A stretch of 64,000 nucleotides of DNA from Acidimicrobiia bacterium (GTDB taxonomy: Bacteria; Actinomycetota; Acidimicrobiia; Spongiisociales; ZC4RG35): assembly GCA_965220995.1 (NCBI GenBank), contig OZ244856.1:680623-744622 (forward strand), written 5' to 3'. The position numbers were made by a program, and so were the translations under genes. Under the pieces are notes generated by a model. The model did no database searches. It was not told the DNA's origin and saw only the letters and a list, made by a program, of their open reading frames with translations. Positions 50,620 to 60,202 of this stretch are shown here, piece after piece; the first letter of the stretch is position 1; every line of letters begins with the position of its first letter.

Positions 50620-51270
50620 ATGCTGAGGTTTGTTGAAGAAATCATGTTGCTCCTGCTCCGCGACCACGACGGCCGGTTCGTGCGGGTACCCAGCTGGTCG
50701 CTCGAATACGCCCTGGCCGGAGGGGTTCTGATGGATCTGGCCATGGAGAACCGCATCGACACCGACCTGGAAAACCTGATTCTGGTGGATTCGACCCCGG
50801 TGGGCGACGGGCTGCTCGACGCCACGCTGGCCGAGATCGCCGACGAGGAAACCCGTTCCACCCGGTACTGGGTGGAACAGACCGTGGAACGGGCGGAGGA
50901 GCTTCAGGAAGCCGCTCTGAACAGGCTGGTGGAGGTGGGAATCCTGGAACGTGAGGAAAAACGCTTCCTGTGGGCATTTCGATCTCGCCGATACCCCATG
51001 GTGGACGGGCGAGCGGAACGGGAAGTGAAGCTCCGGATCATGGAAGTGCTGTTCGGCGAAGAGATTCCCGACCCCCGCGACATCATGCTGATCTGCCTGG
51101 TGGATGCCTGCGGCATCTTCAACCATCTGCTGTCCCGAGAGGAACTCGGCAAGGCAGGCGACCGTATCGCCCAGGTGCGCCAGATGGATCTGATCGGACA
51201 GGCCATGGCCCAGGCCATCCGGGAAATCGAGCTGTCGATCGCCGCGTCGGTGCAGCCTCACATGTACTGA
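50620..51270 (+). CDS. GPP34 (GOLPH3/Vps74) family protein
   Basis: EEIMLLLL, ALAGGVLMDLA..RI, GDGLLD, LVE.GIL, RRYP. Confidence 0.88.
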   Translation: MLRFVEEIMLLLLRDHDGRFVRVPSWSLEYALAGGVLMDLAMENRIDTDLENLILVDSTPVGDGLLDATLAEIADEETRSTRYWVEQTVERAEELQEAALNRLVEVGILEREEKRFLWAFRSRRYPMVDGRAEREVKLRIMEVLFGEEIPDPRDIMLICLVDACGIFNHLLSREELGKAGDRIAQVRQMDLIGQAMAQAIREIELSIAASVQPHMY

Positions 51271-51392
51271 AATCCGCTCCGGTCGCAAGGCCGGAAGCGG
51301 TGGCGCCCCGATGGGCCGATCCTGAACGGCTCTTTAGAGCCTGCGCCAGTGGGTGATTGGGGAGGGTCGCGAAACACAGGGTGGCCGATGGC

Positions 51393-51421
51393 TTGACTTT
51401 GTCTCCCGGGTGTCACATAGT
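51393..51421 (+). promoter_or_regulatory. Sigma-70-type promoter with no downstream same-strand ORF
   Basis: TTGACT-17 bp-CATAGT. Confidence 0.6.
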
Positions 51422-51427
51422 GATAGG

Positions 51428-51665
51428 TGTCAAGCACCTCCCGGTCTGTTCCGACGTCGTCCAGACCGGCCGCAGGGACCATATCCTCGGGAAAGCGAAA
51501 CCCCCGTTCTGTATGGTGGATTCGCGTCCCGACCCCAGGAAAGGTGGGGGCGGGTCCCTCGGGACAGGAAATTCGGGGTGCGTTTTCGCGAAATAGTGGC
51601 TGATTACACAGGTTCTCTTGGCCGCTCGGCCCCCGCTATCCCTCTCAGTAAGGATCAGGCCTTTT
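51428..51665 (+). ncRNA. Candidate structured small RNA (6S/Ms1-like architecture)
   Basis: Promoter, nested long-range helices with central bubble, short terminal hairpins and T-tract, in a 423-bp gap between convergent genes; family not identified. Confidence 0.5.
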
Positions 51666-51693
51666 CAGTTTGACCCCGGACTCCCTTGGGGCC

Positions 51694-53256
51694 TCACGTC
51701 GTCTCTTTTAACCGGCCCGCCCAAAGCGATCTCAGTTCCGCGCTTCCCAGGAGCCACGCCACCGCGGCGAACACCAGGGCGACGGTGGCGCCTCCCACCC
51801 CGAACGCCCCCAAGGCCTCCCCCACCTCCCACGATCCCCGGCTCCCGAATCGCTCCGCCACCCACCATCCGGCGCCGGCCGCCACCGCCCCGGCCCCCAG
51901 CGAACGGACTCCGCCCCATATCAAAGACGCACGGTGGGCATCCCGGCCCCGGAACCAGTAGAGAGTGAGAGCGACCGTATAGGCCACTATGGAGATGACA
52001 CTGGCCCACACCAGTCCGTGGGCCCCTCCCGCCTCCACCAGCGCCAGGGAGAGAGGAATCGCCAGAGCGGTGGCTCCGGTGCCGATCAACACCGGGGGCC
52101 ACATCCGCCGTTCGGCGTAGAAGGAGCGCGAGATCACCTGGTGAAGACCCCAGGCGGGAATGGACAGTGCGTATATTGCCAAGAGCCGGGTCACCACCAA
52201 GGAGTCGGCGGCGCCGAACGCCCCCCACTGATACACCAACCGTACGCCGGGGGCGCCCACCGCCAGCACGGCCGCCACCGCCCCGGCCCCCAGGAACACC
52301 GTCATCCGGGCGGTTCGCAGGGTGGTCTCGGTGAGTTCGGCGCGGCGGCCGGACGCCGCCAGGGCAGCCAGGAAGGGGAAGGCCGCCACCCCGGCCGCCT
52401 GGGCCACCACCCCCACCGGCACCATGTTGAGCACCCGAGCGAAGGAAAGTGCGGAAATCCCCCCTTCGCCGGTCAACTGGCCGAAGAATCGGACGAACTG
52501 CTCATCCAGCACCGCAATCGACTGGGCCACCATCAGGGGAACCGCCAGTGCCACATAGGTTCGGATCGCCGGGTGGTCCCAAGCGATATTCGGCGCCCAC
52601 CGAAACCCGACCCGGCGCGCCCCCCACCACTGGACGCCGAAGTTGCCGAGGGCCGCGCCCACCAGGGCGCCCCAGACAAAGCCATCGGCAGGGGGTGGAT
52701 CGTTCAGCAGACCACCCCAAAGACCCCCGGTGATGATGGCCAAGTTGTACAGAATAGGCGCCGCCACCGGCGCCAAGAATCGGCGGTGGGCATACTGGTA
52801 GGCCATCAAGAGCGACCCTCCCACAAAAAACACCTGGGCGGGCAGGGCGATCCTGGTGAGGCGGATGACCTCCTGCAGCTGAGATGGGGACAGCCGGGGA
52901 TACAGAGCCTCCACCAGGGGTGAGGCCCAGATCATCAGCCCCACGGTGAGGATCAGGGTCACGCCGGTGACCACTCTGAACACCGCCACGAATGCCTCCC
53001 GCCCCCCCTGGGGGTCATCCGCCTCCATACGGGCGGCCACAATGGGAACGAAGGTGATGGTCAGAAACCCCCCGGCCAACAGATAATTGAGCAGATCGGG
53101 AATTAGAAATGCGGACCGGTAGACGTCCCCCACCGCGTTGACGCCGATCAAAGCGGCCAGCGCGGTCTCCCGGGCCAGGCCCAGCACCCGGGAAAGCAGC
53201 ACCCCCCCGGAAACCACCAAGGCGGCCGTCCCCATTCCCATGGCCTTGCCCCTCAC
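51694..53256 (-). CDS. murJ: Lipid II flippase MurJ/MviN
   Basis: LLSRVLGLARE, AFLIPD, LAGG...FVP, P.LYN, RSFYA. Confidence 0.92.
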   Translation of the reverse strand: MRGKAMGMGTAALVVSGGVLLSRVLGLARETALAALIGVNAVGDVYRSAFLIPDLLNYLLAGGFLTITFVPIVAARMEADDPQGGREAFVAVFRVVTGVTLILTVGLMIWASPLVEALYPRLSPSQLQEVIRLTRIALPAQVFFVGGSLLMAYQYAHRRFLAPVAAPILYNLAIITGGLWGGLLNDPPPADGFVWGALVGAALGNFGVQWWGARRVGFRWAPNIAWDHPAIRTYVALAVPLMVAQSIAVLDEQFVRFFGQLTGEGGISALSFARVLNMVPVGVVAQAAGVAAFPFLAALAASGRRAELTETTLRTARMTVFLGAGAVAAVLAVGAPGVRLVYQWGAFGAADSLVVTRLLAIYALSIPAWGLHQVISRSFYAERRMWPPVLIGTGATALAIPLSLALVEAGGAHGLVWASVISIVAYTVALTLYWFRGRDAHRASLIWGGVRSLGAGAVAAGAGWWVAERFGSRGSWEVGEALGAFGVGGATVALVFAAVAWLLGSAELRSLWAGRLKETT

Positions 53257-54122
53257 GGGCTCTCCCCGACGCGGCCTCCCGAGTATCGGGCGGCCGCCTC
53301 CCGCAATTCTTCCAGCACCTCGGCGGGGACCTCCAGGTCACCCCGGCCCACCCCCAGCCGGATGTCCTGCTTGAACCGCCCGTGGTAGTCCGAGCCCCCC
53401 GAGGGTATCAGTCCCATGCGTCTCGCCAAGGCGGCCAGGTTTCGGCGGGTGGCCGGTTGGTAGGCACCGTAGTAGGCCTCCATGCCGTCCAACCCCGCGG
53501 CGGCCAACTCTTCCAACACCCCGGCCAATTCCCCTCCCTCTACCCCCAGAGTCAGAGGATGAGCCAAAATCGCCACTCCCCCCGCCCGATGAGCCAACTC
53601 AACGGCCTGCCCCGGCGGAAGGCGGTATCGATCTACATAGGCCGGACGGTGGCGGCCCAGATACCGAACGAAAGCCTCCGGGATATCGCTGACATAGCCC
53701 TTTTTCACCAGGAGGGAGGCGAAATGGGGTCGTCCGATGGTCCCCGGGCCACCCTCCTGCATCACCTCTTCAATGGTGATCCGAACTCCCTGGGCCTGCA
53801 GTCGCTCTGCTATTTGAAGATTGCGGAGGGTCCTGCCCCCCCGCACCTCCTCCAGTTGGGCGGAAAGCCATTGGGGATCACGAACCAGCAAAGCCAGCAT
53901 GTGCATGGCCCCGTTCGGCCACTGCAACGAGAGTTCGATTCCCGCCACCAGTTCGATACCCACCCGATCGGCTGTTTGCAGGGCCTGCCGCAGCCCCCCG
54001 ACGGTGTCGTGGTCGGTGACGGCCACCGCCGACAGTCCCATCGCCGCCGCGGCGGTCACCAAATGGGCGGGGGAGTCCGCCCCGTCGGAGGCGGTGGTGT
54101 GGGTATGCAGATCCACCCCCAT
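53253..54122 (-). CDS. PHP domain-containing phosphoesterase
   Basis: DLHTHTTASDG, VTDHDT, GRPH, LAHP, GGSDYHG. Confidence 0.94.
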   Translation of the reverse strand: MGVDLHTHTTASDGADSPAHLVTAAAAMGLSAVAVTDHDTVGGLRQALQTADRVGIELVAGIELSLQWPNGAMHMLALLVRDPQWLSAQLEEVRGGRTLRNLQIAERLQAQGVRITIEEVMQEGGPGTIGRPHFASLLVKKGYVSDIPEAFVRYLGRHRPAYVDRYRLPPGQAVELAHRAGGVAILAHPLTLGVEGGELAGVLEELAAAGLDGMEAYYGAYQPATRRNLAALARRMGLIPSGGSDYHGRFKQDIRLGVGRGDLEVPAEVLEELREAAARYSGGRVGESP

Positions 54123-54135
54123 CAGCGGGGCCGGA

Positions 54136-54933
54136 TCAGGATCCGACGACTATTTCCACCGACTCGATGTATAGGGCTTCGCGGGGAAGGCTTGGTTCGC
54201 CGGTGGGCGCCGGGGAGGTTGGAATCTGAGCGATGCGGTCCAAGACATCCAAGCCTTGCGTGATCCGACCCAGCACGTTGTACTGCGGGTTGAGGAACGG
54301 GGCGTCGTCCAGCATCCAGAAGAACTGACTGCCGGTGGTTCCCTTGCCCGCATTGGCCATGGCCACCACCCCCTTGGTGTACTGGAAGTCCTCGGGGGGG
54401 AACTCATCGGCTATCTCGTAGCCGGCGTCTCCTCGCCCGGTTGCTTCCGGATCGCCTCCCTGCGCCACAAAACCCTCCAGAATCCGGTGAAACACCGAAC
54501 CGTCATAGAACCCCTGCCGGGCCAGGAACACAAAGGAGTTGACCGTTTCGGAGTAGTTGGGATCCAGTTCCATCACCACCTCCCCACAGGAGGTCCTCAC
54601 CCGGGCGGTAACGGTCGACCCCGGTTCGATCCCCTGGGGGTCGAACCCCGCGAACACCTTGCCCTGCAGGGGAGAAGGCGGCTCCGCTCCACAGGCGGTG
54701 GGCTTGGATCGGTATTCCCGGTAGGCATCGGACATCTCGGCCTCTGTCACTCCGCCGGAAGGCTCCTCATCATCTCCCAGGCTACATACCACCAGGACGG
54801 TCACCAGCACCACGGCCATCCCGATCCCGATCCCCAGACGGCGGAAGTTTTCCATCCGGGACTTCCGCTTTTGCTCAGCCTGAAGCCGAGCCGCCTTGGC
54901 GGCCTTTTGACGCTGTCTCTTTTCCTTGCCCAC
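54136..54933 (-). CDS. Membrane-anchored cyclophilin-type peptidyl-prolyl isomerase
   Basis: N-terminal TM; FYDGSVFHRI, QGGDP, VAMANAG, GSQFF. Confidence 0.93.
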   Translation of the reverse strand: MGKEKRQRQKAAKAARLQAEQKRKSRMENFRRLGIGIGMAVVLVTVLVVCSLGDDEEPSGGVTEAEMSDAYREYRSKPTACGAEPPSPLQGKVFAGFDPQGIEPGSTVTARVRTSCGEVVMELDPNYSETVNSFVFLARQGFYDGSVFHRILEGFVAQGGDPEATGRGDAGYEIADEFPPEDFQYTKGVVAMANAGKGTTGSQFFWMLDDAPFLNPQYNVLGRITQGLDVLDRIAQIPTSPAPTGEPSLPREALYIESVEIVVGS

Positions 54934-55099
54934 CTGCTACCGGTTCCCCTGGTTGTCTTGCCACAGATGTTCATTCCCCCGGCCCCGCCCTGATCGGGCG
55001 GGCCGCCGAGGCGCGACATCTTCTGCTTTAGTTTATGACGCCCGGGAAGGCAGGCGAAAGACGTAAGATAAGTCTGGCTCTCCTTCCCATTGGTTGCAT

Positions 55100-56344
55100 A
55101 TGACGCGGATCGTACAAAAATTCGGCGGGTCTTCCCTGGCCAGCCCCGATCGCATCCAAGGCGTGGCGGCGCGGGTGGTGGAGGCGCGTCGTTCCGGCGC
55201 GCAGGTGATGGTGGTGGTGTCGGCCATGGGAAACACCACGGACGACCTGGTGAATCTGGCGCTGCAGGTCAATCCTCATCCCCCGGGCAGGGAGATGGAC
55301 ATGCTGTTGACCGCCGGGGAAAGAATCTCCATCGCCTTGACCGCCATGGCGATTGCCTCCCACGGCGTGGAAGCGGTGAGTCTGACCGGCAGCCAGGCGG
55401 GAATTCTCACCGACGACACTCACGGCGCCGCCAAAATCCAGGGCATCACCGGTTCGCGGGTGACGGACAATCTCGCCGAGGGCAAAGTGGTGATCGTAGC
55501 CGGGTTCCAGGGGGTGAGTCCCCGCTCCAAGGAGATCACCACGTTGGGGCGAGGAGGGTCCGATACCAGCGCAGTAGCCCTGGGCGCAGCCTTGGGAGGA
55601 GATCTGGTGGAAATCTACACCGATGTCCCCGGCGTGATGACCGCCGACCCCCGGATCGTTCCCGAGGCGCGCAAACTCGAGGAGGTGTCCTACGAGGTAA
55701 TGATGGAGTTGGCCGCCGGGGGCGCCGGGGTGCTCATTCCCCGGGCGGTGGAGGTGGGAAGGAGGTTCGGCGTACCGATCCACGTACGATCCTCCTTCAG
55801 CGACTCGCCGGGCACGTGGATCAGAAAGGCGACGGAGATGGAAACCATGGAACAAGCCATAATCAGCGGCATAGCCCACGATGCTTCGGAGGCCAAGGTC
55901 ACCCTGCGGGAAGTTCCCGATCAACCGGGCGTGGCGGCTTCCATTTTCGAACCTCTGGCCACCGCCGGGGTAAACGTCGACATGATTGTTCAGAACGTGT
56001 CCCGGGCCGGTCTCTCCGACATCAGCTTCACCATTCCCAAAAGCTCCGTGACCTGGGCGGAGGAAGTGGTGAGGATGATCGGGTCACAGGTGGAGGCATC
56101 CGCGGTGGAGATCCAACATGACATAGCCAAGGTGTCCCTGGTGGGGGCGGGCATGAAGACCGAACCGGGGGTGGCGGCGCGGGTCTTCCGGACGCTGGGA
56201 AAGGCCGGGATCAACATCGAGATGATCTCCACTTCCACCATCAGAATCTCCTGCGTGGTGGAGCAGTCACAGATGAAGGACGCAGTGCAGGCGCTCCATC
56301 GCGAGTTTCAGCCTCCCCTGATAAGAAACGAACAGGGACCGTGA
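55100..56344 (+). CDS. lysC: Aspartate kinase
   Basis: [30 protein letters not shown], two ACT domains. Confidence 0.96.
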   Translation: MTRIVQKFGGSSLASPDRIQGVAARVVEARRSGAQVMVVVSAMGNTTDDLVNLALQVNPHPPGREMDMLLTAGERISIALTAMAIASHGVEAVSLTGSQAGILTDDTHGAAKIQGITGSRVTDNLAEGKVVIVAGFQGVSPRSKEITTLGRGGSDTSAVALGAALGGDLVEIYTDVPGVMTADPRIVPEARKLEEVSYEVMMELAAGGAGVLIPRAVEVGRRFGVPIHVRSSFSDSPGTWIRKATEMETMEQAIISGIAHDASEAKVTLREVPDQPGVAASIFEPLATAGVNVDMIVQNVSRAGLSDISFTIPKSSVTWAEEVVRMIGSQVEASAVEIQHDIAKVSLVGAGMKTEPGVAARVFRTLGKAGINIEMISTSTIRISCVVEQSQMKDAVQALHREFQPPLIRNEQGP

Positions 56345-57354
56345 CCACCAATCTGGCCGTGGTGGGCGCCACCGGCGCGGTGGGCCGGACGGCGCTTGAC
56401 ATCCTGGCCCATCGGAACTTTCCGGTGGGCAGGCTCCGGCTGATGGCCTCGGCGCGGTCTGCGGGCAAATCGCTTGACACCGCATGGGGAAGAATCGAGG
56501 TGGAAGACCTGGAGCAGGCCGACCCGCAGGGAATTGACGTGGCGATCTTTTCCGCCGGGGCCGAACGGTCCCGGATCCATGCGCCGCGCTTTGCCGAGGC
56601 GGGGGCGGTGGTGGTGGACAACTCGTCGGCTTTCCGCATGGATCCCGATGCACCGTTGGTGGTGGCCGACGTGAACGATCATGCGCTCGGTTCTCACCAG
56701 GGCATCGTCGCCAACCCCAACTGCACCACCATGGTGCTGATGATGGCGGTGGCCCCTCTACATCGGGCGGCAGGGCTCCGCTCCATGGTGGCCACCTCCT
56801 ACCAGTCGGTTTCGGGATCGGGGCAGAAGGGAATGGCCGAACTTCTGAGACAGGTCGAGCAGTTGGGAGACGACCAGGCCGGGCTGACCCAGGGGAGTTG
56901 GGCCGACCCGGAAACGGAGGTCTATCCCCGACCCATCGGGTTCAACGTGCTGCCTCTGGCCGGTTCGGAGACCGACGGCCACTACACCGACGAGGAGTGG
57001 AAACTGGTCAACGAATCGCGCAAGATCCTGGAACTTCCCGGGCTGGCGGTGGAACCCACCTGCGTGAGGGTCCCGGTGATGGTGGGGCACGGGTTGGCGG
57101 CTTCCATGTGGTTCGACCGTCCCATGAACCGGGCGGAGGCGTTGGAAACCATGGCCGACGCCCCCGGGGTGGAGGTTTGGGAAGACACTCCTCCCACGCC
57201 GCTCGACAGCGCCGGCCGCGACCCGACCCTGGTGGGCCGGGTGCGAGCAACGGTGGGGACACCGGGAGGGATCAGCCTGTGGGCCGTGGGGGACAACCTG
57301 CGCAAGGGCGCCGCCCTCAACGCAGTTCAGCTCACCGAGCGGCTGACCCTCTGA
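56341..57354 (+). CDS. asd: Aspartate-semialdehyde dehydrogenase
   Basis: [43 protein letters not shown]. Confidence 0.97.
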   Translation: MTTNLAVVGATGAVGRTALDILAHRNFPVGRLRLMASARSAGKSLDTAWGRIEVEDLEQADPQGIDVAIFSAGAERSRIHAPRFAEAGAVVVDNSSAFRMDPDAPLVVADVNDHALGSHQGIVANPNCTTMVLMMAVAPLHRAAGLRSMVATSYQSVSGSGQKGMAELLRQVEQLGDDQAGLTQGSWADPETEVYPRPIGFNVLPLAGSETDGHYTDEEWKLVNESRKILELPGLAVEPTCVRVPVMVGHGLAASMWFDRPMNRAEALETMADAPGVEVWEDTPPTPLDSAGRDPTLVGRVRATVGTPGGISLWAVGDNLRKGAALNAVQLTERLTL

Positions 57355-57379
57355 CCAGGCGAACCGGCGCTCTTTGCTC

Positions 57380-57484
57380 ACCCTTTTTGGGTTTTAACAT
57401 AGGTAAATAGCCAATATATCTAGATTTAACATAGGTTTTTTCATATTTAATCTGCAAACATAGTAGTATAAACCCAAAAAGGGT
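57380..57484. repeat. AT-rich 105-bp element bounded by 15-bp perfect inverted repeats
   Basis: ACCCTTTTTGGGTTT (57380-57394) / AAACCCAAAAAGGGT (57470-57484); internal TTTAACATAGGT twice. Confidence 0.85.
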
Positions 57485-57499
57485 AAGAGGATCGGGCCC

Positions 57500-59026
57500 A
57501 TGAGACCGGGGGAAATGCACCAGCATCTAGCCGCCACCAACCGCTGGTGGAACGATCCGACAGGATGGACCCGAGACGATCCCGATCTGCGCAACGCTTC
57601 CAAAGCCCCGTTCAACTACACCGCCGGCGTGCTCTCTGATCTAACACCAGGAGGGCTGTATCTGTTGCGAGGCCCGCGCCGAGTGGGGAAATCGGTTGAG
57701 GTGAAACTCACCATTGCCAATCTGATTTCATCCGGTGTCCACCCCCGTCAGATAGTTCACATGTCAATGGAAGGGTGGCATGCCCGCCATCTGACCCGCT
57801 TCATCACCATCGCCCAGCAACTGACCCGGGAGGGTCCCCGCTACTGGTTTCTCGATGAGATAACCGGTATTGAAGGCGGCTGGCCGCAAAGGCTGAAGTG
57901 GCTGCGCGACAATCACCTCCGCTTCCAAACCGATACGGTGGTGCTCACCGGCTCTTCCTCGGCCGATCTGCGGGAGGCGATCGGCGTTCTGGCCGGCCGA
58001 AGAGGGGCGGCCAAGGCGCCCGACCGAGTCCTGCTGCCCATGGGCTTCAGAGAATTCGCGACCTTGGTTGCTCCCGGCAGACTGCCCGAGGAGATCGGAC
58101 CATTGCCGGTGGCGGACCTCGCCGATCACCTGCGTGAGGCCGGCTTCGAGTTGGCGCCCTGGCTGAGCATTCTGGTGAACGCCTGGGAAACCTACCTATG
58201 GGTGGGAGGATTTCCCCTGGCGATCTCGGGATACCTGCGGGGTCGCCAGGTCGATCCCGCCCTGTGGACCGGACTCTGGGAAGTCATCAGCGGAGATGCT
58301 TTTCGAAGGGCCCGGCAATCCGATCTTCAGACCAGGACCATGCTGGAACGCCTTGCCCGCAACCTTGGTTATCCCACCAACGTATCTCGGATGGCTCGAG
58401 AAGTAGATGTCGCGCAGACCACGGTTCAACAGAGATTGGACAACCTCCGGGAGGCCTTCGTAGTCTGGCCGTGCTACCGGGAAAGGGGATTGAAACCACG
58501 GCTGGCGGCACAGAAGAAATTCTATTTCACGGATCCGGTGTACAGACTGTTGACCAACCAATCGGTAGACCTGTCCGTTTTGTCCGAACAACAGTTGGGC
58601 ATGGCCCTACTGCGCAACATCGAAAGCGAAAACCCGGGCTCTTATGTGCACTTTGACCACGTCTTGCACCATCGCACCCAAGCCGGCCGTGAAATCGACT
58701 TTGTGGGACCCGGCTTCGGCGGGCTGGCGTTCGAGTCCAAATATGTGGATGAGGGTCCCTGGCGAAACACCACGGGCCGCACCCTTCAGGCATCGCCATG
58801 GACCGGGATCTTGGCCACCCGCAGCCTGCTCGACTTGCAGGGTCCTTCCACTTTGGCGATCCCCTCCGGCATGATCGCCTGGATGCTCGATACCCAGAGA
58901 GGCCAAGGGCCGATCCGGTCTCCCGGCGCTTCTGATCTCCGGGAACGGGATCCCCACTCCCGATCCCCGTTCCGGGCCAGATCCCCCGACGACCTTCCTC
59001 TGCCTGGCTTATCGGCCTCCGGCTGA
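57500..59026 (+). CDS. AAA_14 ATPase with DUF4143 and PD-(D/E)xK-like C-terminus
   Basis: NRWW, GPRRVGKS, FLDEI, LTGSS, GGFP, KKFYFTD, EIDFV...ESKY. Confidence 0.9.
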   Translation: MRPGEMHQHLAATNRWWNDPTGWTRDDPDLRNASKAPFNYTAGVLSDLTPGGLYLLRGPRRVGKSVEVKLTIANLISSGVHPRQIVHMSMEGWHARHLTRFITIAQQLTREGPRYWFLDEITGIEGGWPQRLKWLRDNHLRFQTDTVVLTGSSSADLREAIGVLAGRRGAAKAPDRVLLPMGFREFATLVAPGRLPEEIGPLPVADLADHLREAGFELAPWLSILVNAWETYLWVGGFPLAISGYLRGRQVDPALWTGLWEVISGDAFRRARQSDLQTRTMLERLARNLGYPTNVSRMAREVDVAQTTVQQRLDNLREAFVVWPCYRERGLKPRLAAQKKFYFTDPVYRLLTNQSVDLSVLSEQQLGMALLRNIESENPGSYVHFDHVLHHRTQAGREIDFVGPGFGGLAFESKYVDEGPWRNTTGRTLQASPWTGILATRSLLDLQGPSTLAIPSGMIAWMLDTQRGQGPIRSPGASDLRERDPHSRSPFRARSPDDLPLPGLSASG

Positions 59027-59074
59027 AGGAGGGCGGCGGGAAAGGGCGGGGTCCACGTAACTAATCTGGAAACC

Positions 59075-59914
59075 ATGACCTCTTGGATCACCACTTCCGA
59101 CGGAACGCGCATCGCCTATCACGAGGTGGGCTCGGGCGATCCGCCGATTGTCTTCGTCCACGGCATATACGGCAACCGGCTGGGTTTCGGCCTCCAGGAA
59201 GAGTACTTTTCCCCCAGACACCGCTGCGTGGGAGTGGACCTGCGGGGCAACGGCGACAGCGACAAACCCGACGAGCCCTATTCCATGGCCCGGTATGCGG
59301 ACGACGTGGCCGAACTGATCCGCCACCTGGACCTCGGACCTTCCGTTCTGGTGGGCCACAGCATGGGTGGGCAGGTGGTGATCTCGGTGGCGGAGCGCCA
59401 TCCCGAGTTGGCGGCGGCCGTGGCCAGCCTGGATTCACCCAGCAACATCCCCGGATGGCAGGACCGATTCCACGGACCCTTCGACCACCTGATGACCTTC
59501 GACGGTCCCTATCGGGAAACGGTGCGGTCGTTTCTCAGCGGCGCCTACCTTCCCACCGACAATCCGGCCTGGGTGGAAGGGCTCGAGGAACGCTTGGCCG
59601 GCATACCCGATCACGTGATTGTCCGTGCATGGCAGGCTATGAGCGCCTACGAACCGAGCGAGTCCCTGCGCCGGATGAAGTGCCCCTATCTGTACATCGA
59701 CAGCGGACAACCTGACATCGATTTGGACCTGGTGAGGCGCCTGTGCCCCCAATTGGTGGTGGGCAAGACGGTGGGCGCCGGGCACAAGGCTCTGCAGGAC
59801 GTACCGGATCAGATCAACGCCATGCTCAACCGCTTCATCCAACACGCCGACGGCATCGCCGCCGAGATGATTCGCACCGGCGGCGTCTTCCAATACAACT
59901 TCCCCAAGGGCTGA
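59075..59914 (+). CDS. Alpha/beta hydrolase, paralogue 1
   Basis: FVHG, DLRG.GDS, GHSMGG, GAGH. Confidence 0.93.
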   Translation: MTSWITTSDGTRIAYHEVGSGDPPIVFVHGIYGNRLGFGLQEEYFSPRHRCVGVDLRGNGDSDKPDEPYSMARYADDVAELIRHLDLGPSVLVGHSMGGQVVISVAERHPELAAAVASLDSPSNIPGWQDRFHGPFDHLMTFDGPYRETVRSFLSGAYLPTDNPAWVEGLEERLAGIPDHVIVRAWQAMSAYEPSESLRRMKCPYLYIDSGQPDIDLDLVRRLCPQLVVGKTVGAGHKALQDVPDQINAMLNRFIQHADGIAAEMIRTGGVFQYNFPKG

Positions 59915-59915
59915 A

Positions 59916-60092
59916 CGGAGGCACCTGGGCGTGTCACTTTTTTCTTGGATGAGGGAAGCGCTCCGAGCTTCGCCGACAAAAGGGTCCGAGGTCTGTTCAG
60001 ATCCGGTTGATGAATTGATCGGAACCCTCGACATCGATCCTGTCAATGACATTGATGCTGTTATCTACGAAAACCCGAATCCGGTAGGTTGA
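59916..60092 (+). pseudogene. N-truncated ribbon-helix-helix/CopG-type antitoxin remnant
   Basis: Frame reads RRHLGVSLFSWMREALR...DPVDELIGTLDIDPVNDIDAVIYE; no proper start, no toxin downstream. Confidence 0.45.
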
Positions 60093-60202
60093 CACGGCTG
60101 TTTGGATAATGACCTTCCCTGGGCTGTTTGGTGTTGAACAGCCTCTCTTGTTGCATGGTCCTGATCCGTTCCGGCACGGAGCTTCTTTCTAAGCTTGACG
60201 CC

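Noticed and set aside
54934-55099. Possible lysine riboswitch upstream of aspartate kinase
   Set aside because: Only about 165 bp shared with a divergent gene; one GC hairpin and no L-box consensus
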